A stretch of DNA of 64,000 nt from Clostridiales bacterium. Its GTDB lineage: Bacteria; Bacillota; Clostridia; Lachnospirales; Lachnospiraceae. The translations under genes were made by a program, and so were the position numbers. Positions 18,150-26,977 of the stretch are shown piece after piece (the stretch's first letter is position 1; each line of letters begins with the position of its first letter). Under the pieces are notes generated by a model. That model saw only the letters and a program-made list of their open reading frames with translations. It had not been told where the DNA came from and ran no database searches. The stretch spans positions 6,247 through 70,246 of the forward strand of contig JAAYHD010000007.1 of the NCBI GenBank assembly GCA_012735495.1, given 5' to 3'.

Positions 18150-19529
18150 ATGCATAAATACTGCTTGGCAATAGATATCGGCGCATCCGGGGGACGGCAT
18201 ATCCTGGGATGGTTTGAGGGCGGCAGGATACGCTTTGAGGAGGTCTATCGGTTTGACAACGGCATGGAGTATGTAGACGGGTCATACTGTTGGAACACCG
18301 AAAGGATATTTAAAGAGATCCTTGCGGGTATGAAAAAATGCAGGGAAATAGGCAAGATCCCTTACAGTGTCGGTATCGATACATGGGGAGTGGATTTTGT
18401 TCTCATTGACAGGGAAGGCAATGCCGTCGGAAAAGCCGTGGGCTACCGCGACAGCAGGACTGCCGGCTATCCGTCAAAGCTGGACGGGCTGATATCCCCG
18501 CAGGAGATGTACGAAAGAACAGGGATTCAAAGCCAGGTATACAACACAATCTACCAGCTTATGTCGGTTAAGGATAGGGAACCGGATCTGCTTGATAAGG
18601 CGGATATGCTGCTTTTTACACCGGACTATTACTGCTTCCTGCTGTCAGGCGTAAAAGGGCAGGAATATACGATAGCTTCCACCAGCATGCTGCTGGATGT
18701 ATATAAAAAAACATGGGACAACGATATAATCGACAGGATCGGATTGCCTGGAAAGCTGTTTAGAGAGATTCACATGCCGGGAACCTTACTGGGCAATTTA
18801 TCCGGCCGCGTACGGGAGACTGTCGGATATGACTGCAAGGTTGTAAGCGTAGCTTCCCATGATACGGCATCGGCCGTTATGGCGGTACCGAACTGCGATA
18901 GGGACACATTGTATATAAGTTCGGGTACCTGGTCTCTCATGGGAATTGAGTCCGAGACCCCGAACTGTACAGAAAGATGCAGGCTTGGAGGGTTTACGAA
19001 TGAAGGGGGATACCAGGGCAGGTACAGGATTCTTAAGAATATCATGGGGCTTTGGATGATACAGTCGGTCCGCAGGGAAATCGGAGGAAGCATGTCATAC
19101 AAAGAAATCTGCGATATGGCTTCTAAGGAGAGCATACCATCAATTGTTGACTGTAATGACATCTGTTTCCTTGCTCCCGAAAGCATGGTTAATGAGGTGA
19201 AGGATTATTGCGCAAGAACAGGCCAGCAAGTTCCGCAAACTTTGGGCGAAATCGCTTGTGTAATATATAACAGCCTGGCAAAGTGCTATGCGGATACCCT
19301 CCGTGAAATAGAAAACATCACAGGCAGGAATTATCCCTGCATCAATATTATTGGAGGAGGTTCAAAGGCTTCTTACCTGAATGACTTGACAAGAGAATTC
19401 ACCGGACGAAAAGTAATTGCAGGTCCCGCCGAGGCAACGGCCATCGGCAATATTATGTGCCAGATGATAAGCTGCGGCGAGTTTGGAAGCCTGGAAGAGG
19501 CCAGGAAATGCATATCATATGATTTATAA
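18150..19529 (+). CDS. FGGY-family sugar kinase (rhamnulokinase/L-fuculokinase type)
   Basis: The N-terminus AIDIGASGGRHILG and the motifs GIDTWGVDF, SSGTWSLMG and IIGGGSK fit an RhaB-like kinase. GGAGG at 18140-18144 favours the ATG at 18150. Confidence 0.8.
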   Translation: MHKYCLAIDIGASGGRHILGWFEGGRIRFEEVYRFDNGMEYVDGSYCWNTERIFKEILAGMKKCREIGKIPYSVGIDTWGVDFVLIDREGNAVGKAVGYRDSRTAGYPSKLDGLISPQEMYERTGIQSQVYNTIYQLMSVKDREPDLLDKADMLLFTPDYYCFLLSGVKGQEYTIASTSMLLDVYKKTWDNDIIDRIGLPGKLFREIHMPGTLLGNLSGRVRETVGYDCKVVSVASHDTASAVMAVPNCDRDTLYISSGTWSLMGIESETPNCTERCRLGGFTNEGGYQGRYRILKNIMGLWMIQSVRREIGGSMSYKEICDMASKESIPSIVDCNDICFLAPESMVNEVKDYCARTGQQVPQTLGEIACVIYNSLAKCYADTLREIENITGRNYPCINIIGGGSKASYLNDLTREFTGRKVIAGPAEATAIGNIMCQMISCGEFGSLEEARKCISYDL

Positions 19530-19544
19530 AAAAATGGAGAGTGA

Positions 19545-19991
19545 ATGCTTATGTTAAAAGGAATTCCTGATGTTTTATCCCCTGAGCTGCTCAAGGTTTT
19601 ATGTGAAATGGGCCACGGGGACATAATAGTGATTGCCGATGGAAATTTCCCGGCGGAGTCCATTGGCAGGAACTCCATAGTAATACGCTGCGACGGGCAT
19701 GGTGTTCCCGAGCTGCTGGACGCAATACTTAAACTGTTCCCGCTGGATACCTATGTGGAGCATCCGGTAAATCTCATGGAGGTTGTTCCGTCGGATCCGG
19801 TTGAAACACCCATATGGAATACATACTATGACATAATAGCAAAATATGACGACAGGGGCGCCAAGACGGTTGGAAACATCGAACGGTTTGCATTCTACGA
19901 AAAAGCGAAAAACGCGTACGCGATTGTTGCAACCGGTGAGAAGGCCCTGTATGCCAACATAATGCTGCAGAAGGGCGTAGTTATTAACTAG
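19545..19991 (+). CDS. fucU: L-fucose mutarotase (RbsD/FucU family)
   Basis: MLKGIPDVLSPELLKVLCEMGHGDIIVIADGNFP... aligns closely with E. coli FucU as I recall it. That homology suggests the second ATG at 19551 may be the true start. Confidence 0.85.
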   Translation: MLMLKGIPDVLSPELLKVLCEMGHGDIIVIADGNFPAESIGRNSIVIRCDGHGVPELLDAILKLFPLDTYVEHPVNLMEVVPSDPVETPIWNTYYDIIAKYDDRGAKTVGNIERFAFYEKAKNAYAIVATGEKALYANIMLQKGVVIN

Positions 19992-20246
19992 TTATTGCCG
20001 TCAAAAGCAGGATGCATTATACGGAAGGGTCATATCTGTGACACCGCTTATATGGTTAATGGGTTATCCATTACTCATAAACGTATATTTCGGGGCCACA
20101 GGTATGGCCTTTTTTTCGTAAAATATCCCGCCCTGTTTTGCAACTTCTATATAGGGCATTTCGTCTAATTTATGAAATGCAAATAATGGAATTATTTCGG
20201 GATATACAGATAAAATAATTAACACTAAATTAATCAGGAGGAGTTT

Positions 20247-21038
20247 ATGGGGAAAATATTGAAAAGAAAAGGGCTGTTTATACCGGTGATTTTGGTATTA
20301 CTCATCGGTTTGGTTTCCTGCAGAAACGGAAGCAGGGACGATGGCGATTATTCCGGTAAGGGCAACGGGCAGCATTTTTTTATTGCTGATGTTATAGAGG
20401 CAAATGGCGGGCTGCTTATTGCCCCGGACAAGGACAGTTCCGAGGCATTGTCTGCCGACAGGATTATGGCTTCGGTGGGAGAAGCCGAGATTACCGACAG
20501 CAAGGGCAATGCGGTCAGCCTGGATATGCTTGAGCCCGGAGACAGGATAAAAGTTACCTATGACGGCTTGATAGCGGAATCATATCCTGCGCAGATTAAG
20601 GCCTCCAGGATTGAGGTTTTGGGGCGCAATAATGTTATAGACGGTTTCCTTTCCCTTATTGACGACATATACCAGGCGGACAGCGGGCTGAACGGCAATA
20701 TTTCAATTATTGCCTTCGATACGTCCGAATGGGCAATGCTGACTGAAGTCGAAACAGAAATCATATTGGACACAGTCGGTGAAAAATACGGGTTTGAGGT
20801 GGTGGTCGGCACCTTTGACGAGTTGGCCGGGCAGGGCCTGATAGACAAGGAAAACCTGTTTTTTGAGGATGGTATTCTTATTACAATTGCCGATATTGAA
20901 ATAAATAAGGATAAGGATGTAATAGAGTGCTCAATCGAAAAATGGAGAAGCGGACTGGGTGCCGTTGGCTGGGATGCCAAGGCTAAGTTAAAAAAGGGTT
21001 CATGGCGGATAATACGGAAGAATATGTGGATTAGCTGA
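20247..21038 (+). CDS. lipoprotein of unknown function (N-terminal DUF3221-like domain ending ...ESYPAQI)
   Basis: AGGAGGAG RBS. The signal peptide has the lipobox LIGLVSC. There are no catalytic motifs I recognise. Confidence 0.6.
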   Translation: MGKILKRKGLFIPVILVLLIGLVSCRNGSRDDGDYSGKGNGQHFFIADVIEANGGLLIAPDKDSSEALSADRIMASVGEAEITDSKGNAVSLDMLEPGDRIKVTYDGLIAESYPAQIKASRIEVLGRNNVIDGFLSLIDDIYQADSGLNGNISIIAFDTSEWAMLTEVETEIILDTVGEKYGFEVVVGTFDELAGQGLIDKENLFFEDGILITIADIEINKDKDVIECSIEKWRSGLGAVGWDAKAKLKKGSWRIIRKNMWIS

Positions 21039-21073
21039 ACCAAAGAATATTGAAGTGAAGTGAGGGGTGTTTC

Positions 21074-22306
21074 ATGAAGAAGCAAACGTTTTTAATATGT
21101 ATTCTTCTATTCACGGTCTTTTTGACTGCCTGTGGCATTTTACCAGGCAGTAATTCAAAAAGAGGGGAATATGACTTGCAAAAGGTCAGTCATGATGTAA
21201 CTACAGGCAACAAGACATTTGCATTTGACATCTTTAAGAAACTTAACGAAGAGGATGCGAATGAGAACGTGTTCATATCGCCGATTAGCATTTCACAGGC
21301 TCTTGCAATGGCATACAACGGAGCGGATACAACCACAAAGCAGGCCATGGAGCAGGTGCTGGGGTTTTCAGAAACGGAACGGGATATAGTTAATGAAAGC
21401 TATTTTAACCTTATGAACTATATAGAATCGGCTGATAACAAGATTGAGCTGGCCAATGGTAATTCCATATGGGTAAGAAAAGGGGTTAATGTAAAAAGCA
21501 AATTTATCCGTACCAATGAAAATTATTTCAATGCCGAGGTAAACACCCTGGATTTTTCCGGCGACAATGCTGTTGACACGATAAACAAATGGATAGATAA
21601 GGCCACGAAAGGCATGATAACCGGAATACTCAATCCGCCAATTCCTGATGATGCTGTCATGTATCTAATAAATGCGATATATTTTAAGGGCAAGTGGAGC
21701 GATCAGTTTAACCCGAAGTATACTTATGATGGCCATTTTGCAGCCGTAGACGGAAGTTTACAGAAAGTCAAGATGATGAACAAGCCTAAAGCTTCGGTGA
21801 AATATGCCGGGACGGATGAGTACAAAGCGATTAGGCTTCCCTATGGGGAAGGGAAGATTGCAATGTATGTAATTTTGCCTTCGGAAGGCACGAATATAAA
21901 TGATTTCATTGCTGGCATGACAGCCGAGAAATGGGATGAAATAAGAGGATGCCTTAAGGATACAGAAGATGTCTTTGTTAAAATCCCTAGATTCAAGCTG
22001 GAATATGGCACCAAGGATTTAGTTAAAAGCCTGACTTCCCTTGGTATGGGAGAAGCTTTCGGCGAAAATGCGGATTTTTCAGTAATAACGGATGATGTGT
22101 ATATAAGCCGTGTTCTGCACAAAGCGATAATTGAGGTCAACGAGGAAGGCAGCGAGGCATCGGCTGCAACGATTGTCGAGTTTATAATGGGAGCCATGAG
22201 GGACCCTGTAACATTTATTGCCGACCGGCCTTTTATATTTATAATAAATGAAGATGTCACAGATACGATTATATTTATGGGCAAGGCCGGACGGATTAAT
22301 GAATGA
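21074..22306 (+). CDS. serpin-family protease inhibitor, predicted lipoprotein
   Basis: The lipobox is FLTAC. The serpin core has NVFISPISISQALAMAYNGA. The hinge and reactive-centre loop are EEGSEASAATIVEFIMGAMRDP, followed by FIADRPFIFIINE. Confidence 0.85.
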   Translation: MKKQTFLICILLFTVFLTACGILPGSNSKRGEYDLQKVSHDVTTGNKTFAFDIFKKLNEEDANENVFISPISISQALAMAYNGADTTTKQAMEQVLGFSETERDIVNESYFNLMNYIESADNKIELANGNSIWVRKGVNVKSKFIRTNENYFNAEVNTLDFSGDNAVDTINKWIDKATKGMITGILNPPIPDDAVMYLINAIYFKGKWSDQFNPKYTYDGHFAAVDGSLQKVKMMNKPKASVKYAGTDEYKAIRLPYGEGKIAMYVILPSEGTNINDFIAGMTAEKWDEIRGCLKDTEDVFVKIPRFKLEYGTKDLVKSLTSLGMGEAFGENADFSVITDDVYISRVLHKAIIEVNEEGSEASAATIVEFIMGAMRDPVTFIADRPFIFIINEDVTDTIIFMGKAGRINE

Positions 22307-22474
22307 AATTATGTAATATTATGGCGAATGGTTGCGTGCCTGTCCGCCATTTTGATATTTACATCACGGGCTAAAATATGGTATCCTTTAACTAAAGGCA
22401 AAGTATTCAATTAATGCGGTTGCAAAACCGCATAGGGATACGGCGGATATGAAAATAACGGAATGGAGTTGTAT

Positions 22475-23230
22475 ATGACGGATACCAAGCCCACCGTACA
22501 AAAAACACTGAGGCTTAGAAAGTTCCTTTTTACAGCGGATATTGCCATTATACTTTTTTTATGCATTTATTTGATTTTGCAGCATATGAATTCAAATAAG
22601 GACTTGCCCAAGGCGCTCAAACTCGAGAATAACGAGGTGCTTATAGATTATGCCATAGGCGGGGCCTTTGCTTACACACTGACCAACAAAGATGGAAACA
22701 GGGAATACGGCAATTTTTTCGTGGTGTTTGAGAAGGCCGATGATGAGTGGCAAAGGGTTTATGAAAATGATTTCAAGAACCTGATGCCCTGGAAGGTCGA
22801 AACGGCCGACATAGACGGCGATGGTATTCCGGAAATCCTGACAGCGCTTCGAAAAAAGACGCCTTACGACCGGGAAATTAAGAACCGGATGTTTATATTT
22901 AACTATGAGGACAATAAGCTTATAAGAAAATGGACCGGTTCGCAGATTGCGGGAATCTGGAGGGATTTTTATGTGATGGATTTTCTGTCTCCGCCGGGAT
23001 ACGAGCTGTTATTCGTCGAGCAGACGGATGAGGGCAAGGAACGGGTAAGCGTCTATTCATGGTTTGACTTCGGGTTTCATAGATTGGCTTACAGCGACGG
23101 ATATGAGATTATTCAAAACATATCCATGGTTAGCGAAAACCGGCTTAAGATTACATATCGCGAAGGCAAAAAGGAATACAACGTCCAATTGGAGACGGTT
23201 AACGGGAAGCTGGTACCGAAACAGGATTAA
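22475..23230 (+). CDS. signal-anchored protein of unknown function with one FG-GAP/VCBS-like DIDGDGIPE motif
   Basis: There is a single N-terminal TM segment, FLFTADIAIILFLCIYLILQ. GGAG lies upstream of the ATG at 22475, which is the 5th codon of the track ORF. Confidence 0.5.
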   Translation: MTDTKPTVQKTLRLRKFLFTADIAIILFLCIYLILQHMNSNKDLPKALKLENNEVLIDYAIGGAFAYTLTNKDGNREYGNFFVVFEKADDEWQRVYENDFKNLMPWKVETADIDGDGIPEILTALRKKTPYDREIKNRMFIFNYEDNKLIRKWTGSQIAGIWRDFYVMDFLSPPGYELLFVEQTDEGKERVSVYSWFDFGFHRLAYSDGYEIIQNISMVSENRLKITYREGKKEYNVQLETVNGKLVPKQD

Positions 23231-23278
23231 CTAAGCATAGCTATGATATATTAGCAGGTTCTCAAGGAGGTAAGCGTA

Positions 23279-25633
23279 ATGAAGAAGCTGATATCGGTCA
23301 TCCTGTGCATATGTCTTGTGGCAGCAGGATGTTCCGGGAGAAAGGGCGATAAGCAGGAAGATCATACATCGGGAAACGACAATATTACGCCTTTTGGGCA
23401 GCAGGATAATACCGTTTCCGATGATGATGCGGATGATACGGCATCCGCAGATGCTCCGGATGATCCGGCTGCTGTGGATATCTCAAATCCGCTTAAGCTG
23501 AATGAGGAATGGGCGGCCGTAACGCTTGCGGGGGCCAACCGGCCGGATTATATGCTGCCCAATTATATGGCGGATGTGGAGCCGTATACAATCAGCAAGG
23601 ATTTGTCCAACATTGAAAATATTCAATATTTTCACGGATTTACTAATGAACAGAAGGAAATGCTTGTTAAGAACGGGTTTGTTGTCATTCCTGCCGGAAG
23701 GACCAAGATGAGCTATATATATGACAATAACGAGTACCTCAAGGTGCCGAACTTCGTTACGACCGATTCGGTCCTTCATCTTTATCACCAGTTCTATGAC
23801 AAATCATTGATGTATATTGAAACCAACTTCTTATATAATTGCCTGGATACCTTGACAAGCCAGATGCTTGAGAAGTCCATCCGCCTGGCCGGTTATCTGG
23901 ACAGCGATAAGCTAAAGGAACTGCAGGAAAAGAATATTGTTTATTTTCTTGTGGCCAGGATGCTTATGGTTAACAATCCGGATATGGATGCGGATGTTAA
24001 TGAGGAACTGAAAAGCATAGCCAGGAGTGAATATGAACTGATAGACAAGGCGGAGGGTTACCAGGAATCACCGCTGTTTGAGTTTGATCTTGATTACTCA
24101 CAGTTTACCGTAAGGGGCCACTATACAAGAAGCGAGGAGTTAGGGCGTTTCTTCAAGGTAATGATGTGGTTCGGGCTGGCCCCCATTCCCTTGATGGACA
24201 GCGGTGGAAACATCGATTATGACAATGTGCTGCAGGCACTATTGATTGCATACACCACCTTCATGGATACGGACTATATCTGTGATGCGGAGCTTTGGAA
24301 TAATATCTACCAGCCCACAAAGCAGTTTGTAGGGGCTTCCGATGACATTAACGTGTTTAGGATGAACGGGTTAAGGCTTGAGGTATTCGGTGAGGCTAAC
24401 AATCCGAATATATTTGATGATGAAGAGTATTATGACAAGCTCATACAAGGGGTTAAGGATCTGCCTTCGCCGAAAATCATGGCAAAGTATATAAGCGACA
24501 CCGCCTTGGCGGATGACCCGATTACGACTCCTGCTGGTAAGCAGTTCCGTTATATGGGACAGCGCTATATCATGGACAGCTATATTATGCAGGAACTGAT
24601 TAATCCTATAGACAGGCCCATGCCTACAGCCCTTGATGTAATGGGCGTGCTTGGAAGCAAAACAGCCGAGGATTTGCTGTTCAATTATTACAAGCCGCAG
24701 GAGAAGTGGCCTGAATATACCGAAAAATACAACGGGCTAAAGGAAGAAGTGGCCGGTTACGATACGGATGTCTGGGGAGAGAACCTGTATAACGGATGGC
24801 TGTGGGCAATTCAGGAGAACCTTACGGAATTCGATGAGGATTCCGGCATGCCGTTCTTCATGACCACTGAAGCATGGAGGTACAAGTCACTGAATGCGGC
24901 TCTTGGAAGCTATACGGAGCTTAAGCATGACACAATCCTGTACGGCAAGCAGGCTGCGGCCGAGGGCGGTAACGGCGTTATATTCAAGAATCATTACCAC
25001 TATGTTGAGCCCAATGTGGAGCTGTATTACAAGCTTCTGTACCTGACCGATTATACAATTAAGGTCCTGAGGGAAAGAAACATGCTGGAACGGAGCCTGG
25101 AAAACGGCGCGGAAAGCTATAAGGAGCTTCTTGAGTTATTGATAAACTGCAGCATAAAGGAATTAAGGAATGAGATGCTGTCGGAGGAAGAGTACAACAG
25201 GCTGCTGTACTACGGAGCCGCCATGGAATACATCACCGATTGCTTTACATTGGCGACGGGAGATTATGAATCGATTGACATCTCGGATATGTTGGCAGCC
25301 GATATTGCCACCAATCCCGGTGCTTACCTGACACTGGGCACGGGATACTTTGACCAGATATTCGTTGTAATACCTGTGGACGGCAAGCTGTACCTGTCCA
25401 GGGGCGCGGTTTACAGCACTTATGAATTTATCAGCGATAAGCGCCTGACTGATGAGGAATGGTGGGCGCTCAACGGTATTACAATCATTGAGGATGAGTA
25501 TGTGACCTATGTCGAGAAAACGGAACCGTCCGGAAACCTACCCGAGCAGCCCTGGTGGGTGAAGAAATTCAAATCATTCGAGAATACTGTGGAAATAGAC
25601 AAGATTGATGTCGAATGGGAATATGCATACTAA
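23279..25633 (+). CDS. large lipoprotein, DUF3160-like
   Basis: AAGGAGG RBS and lipobox LVAAGCSG, followed by an acidic linker. Motifs such as FVTTDSVLHLYHQFYD and FTVRGHYTRSEELGRFF resemble DUF3160 from memory. There is no HExxH or other catalytic signature. Confidence 0.55.
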   Translation: MKKLISVILCICLVAAGCSGRKGDKQEDHTSGNDNITPFGQQDNTVSDDDADDTASADAPDDPAAVDISNPLKLNEEWAAVTLAGANRPDYMLPNYMADVEPYTISKDLSNIENIQYFHGFTNEQKEMLVKNGFVVIPAGRTKMSYIYDNNEYLKVPNFVTTDSVLHLYHQFYDKSLMYIETNFLYNCLDTLTSQMLEKSIRLAGYLDSDKLKELQEKNIVYFLVARMLMVNNPDMDADVNEELKSIARSEYELIDKAEGYQESPLFEFDLDYSQFTVRGHYTRSEELGRFFKVMMWFGLAPIPLMDSGGNIDYDNVLQALLIAYTTFMDTDYICDAELWNNIYQPTKQFVGASDDINVFRMNGLRLEVFGEANNPNIFDDEEYYDKLIQGVKDLPSPKIMAKYISDTALADDPITTPAGKQFRYMGQRYIMDSYIMQELINPIDRPMPTALDVMGVLGSKTAEDLLFNYYKPQEKWPEYTEKYNGLKEEVAGYDTDVWGENLYNGWLWAIQENLTEFDEDSGMPFFMTTEAWRYKSLNAALGSYTELKHDTILYGKQAAAEGGNGVIFKNHYHYVEPNVELYYKLLYLTDYTIKVLRERNMLERSLENGAESYKELLELLINCSIKELRNEMLSEEEYNRLLYYGAAMEYITDCFTLATGDYESIDISDMLAADIATNPGAYLTLGTGYFDQIFVVIPVDGKLYLSRGAVYSTYEFISDKRLTDEEWWALNGITIIEDEYVTYVEKTEPSGNLPEQPWWVKKFKSFENTVEIDKIDVEWEYAY

Positions 25634-25634
25634 A

Positions 25635-25707
25635 TGCACCTGACTGGATTCGAACCAGCGGCCTTTCGCTCCGGAGGCGAACGCTCTATCCACTGAGCTA
25701 CAGGTGC
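25635..25707 (-). tRNA. tRNA-Arg (anticodon CCG), 73 nt, with no encoded CCA
   Basis: The reverse complement is GCACCTG-TA-GCTC-AGTGGATA-GAGC-G-TTCGC-CTCCGGA-GCGAA-AGGCC-GCTGG-TTCGAAT-CCAGT-CAGGTGC-A. This folds into a full cloverleaf with anticodon-loop C-T-CCG-G-A. Confidence 0.92.
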
Positions 25708-25716
25708 TACTGCAAC

Positions 25717-25745
25717 AGTATAAACCAATTGCCCGATAAAGTAAA
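25717..25745 (-). promoter_or_regulatory. candidate promoter of the tRNA (minus strand TTTACT - 17 nt - TATACT)
   Basis: The -10 TATACT ends about 9 nt before the first tRNA nucleotide. The -35 is only a partial match. Confidence 0.35.
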
Positions 25746-25754
25746 GGTCATAAA

Positions 25755-25802
25755 TTGTTACAAATTTGTTAACAATGTTACATAAAGATTAAGCAATTGC
25801 TT
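25755..25802. promoter_or_regulatory. cluster of TGTTA(A)CA boxes plus the 12-nt palindrome AAGCAATTGCTT (candidate operator sites)
   Basis: The boxes are TTGTTACAA (25755-25763), the palindrome TTGTTAACAA (25766-25775) and ATGTTACAT (25775-25783). AAGCAATTGCTT at 25791-25802 abuts the -35 of the + strand promoter. Confidence 0.3.
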
Positions 25803-25829
25803 GACTAATGATAAGCAGTCTGCTACAAT
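25801..25829 (+). promoter_or_regulatory. sigma-A type promoter (TTGACT - 17 nt - TACAAT)
   Basis: Hexamers are at 25801-25806 and 25824-25829, upstream of the gene starting at 25892. Confidence 0.5.
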
Positions 25830-25891
25830 ACCATTATCGACAAGGCAGCATATTAACCGGTTTTTTAAGCATGAAAAGGAGTTATTCCTAT

Positions 25892-26740
25892 ATGAAATTA
25901 AGGTATAAAAAAATAATTCTGTTAACATCACTTAGTACAATGGGCATAGGCCTGTTAACACTGTCTATAAGCACCCAGGGGAGGCCCAAAGCAGAGGATA
26001 ATATAAATACTGCAAGCGGTATTGTAGCCGATGCACAGGAAAATGATGATAATGAGAATAATGCGTTTGTGAAAGCGGCGAATGCGGCATTGGATGCCGA
26101 GCCGACACCGGAGGCAACAACCGAACCGACTCCCATACCCACGCCTACCGAGACTCCTACTCCTACACCGTATCCGGTTTACCCGTTGGTGGAAATGGAG
26201 GGGATAGATGCATTTATCGAGGTGTTCTATACAGCCAAGGCAGCCTGTGATATCGAGAAGCTGAAAACATTATATTACGATCCCAGCAAGGTATGGTCCA
26301 GGGAAGAGCTTCAGAGAAATGTACAGTATATAGAAGAGTACAGAAATATAAAGACCTATTCGAAGAAAAGCTTTGAAGAGGGCGCTTATATCGTATATGC
26401 CTACCATGAGATTAAGTTCTCAGGCATCAACACCCTGGCACCGGGGCTGTCAAAATTCTATGTAATAACCGATGATGACGGCAATTTCAAGATCGTAAGC
26501 GATTTGGCCCCTGAGGTTGAGGAGTATTTTAACGCACGAAACGAAGATGAGGATGTGCTTGAGTTAATCAGGACCACCAACGCAAAGGGTGAAGAAGCCA
26601 AGGCTAAGGACGAGGATCTAATGGCGTTCTGGAACGGGCTGGACGAATTGGTAAAAAGCCGGGAAAAACAGCAATCAGGGCAGGATTCCCAGGAACCGCA
26701 GGGCGATGTTAACGGACAGGAAGATCAGATAGGTGAGTAA
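25892..26740 (+). CDS. membrane-anchored protein of unknown function with a Pro/Thr-rich linker
   Basis: AAAGGAG lies 9 nt before the ATG at 25892. The N-terminal TM segment is IILLTSLSTMGIGLLTLSI. The linker is EPTPEATTEPTPIPTPTETPTPTPYP. A globular domain of about 120 aa and an acidic tail follow. Confidence 0.55.
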   Translation: MKLRYKKIILLTSLSTMGIGLLTLSISTQGRPKAEDNINTASGIVADAQENDDNENNAFVKAANAALDAEPTPEATTEPTPIPTPTETPTPTPYPVYPLVEMEGIDAFIEVFYTAKAACDIEKLKTLYYDPSKVWSREELQRNVQYIEEYRNIKTYSKKSFEEGAYIVYAYHEIKFSGINTLAPGLSKFYVITDDDGNFKIVSDLAPEVEEYFNARNEDEDVLELIRTTNAKGEEAKAKDEDLMAFWNGLDELVKSREKQQSGQDSQEPQGDVNGQEDQIGE

Positions 26741-26826
26741 TTTCACAAAATCCTGTCATAAAAACAGTGAAGAAAGCATAAGGCGCATAATGGATAATTT
26801 ATGCACCGGCAAATGCATAATTACGG

Positions 26827-26898
26827 GCACCCGAATATGAGGGCTTCGGAAGGACTTATGGTCCGAGGCGGGCTTGCAATTTCGGATGCCTTTTCTTT
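26827..26898 (+). terminator. two-tier hairpin followed by a T-rich run (probable terminator of the preceding gene)
   Basis: The outer stem pairs GCACCCGAA (26827-26835) with TTCGGATGC (26881-26889), with one mismatch. The inner stem pairs GCTTCGG (26843-26849) with CCGAGGC (26863-26869). CTTTTCTTT follows. Confidence 0.4.
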
Positions 26899-26977
26899 AT
26901 GTTTTTAGTAGACTAATGTGATGAAATTATGTATAATAACTCTCAAATTATATTGGTTAATCAAGAGAGCGCAAACC

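Noticed and set aside
19992-25707. The idea that the lipoprotein/serpin block is a genomic island integrated at the 3' end of tRNA-Arg.
   Set aside because: I found no integrase, excisionase or mobility gene. I also found no direct repeat of the tRNA 3' end (TGCACCTGACTGGATTCGAACC...) in the 19992-20246 spacer. By eye, the composition does not differ from the flanks. The tRNA proximity is reported only as context.
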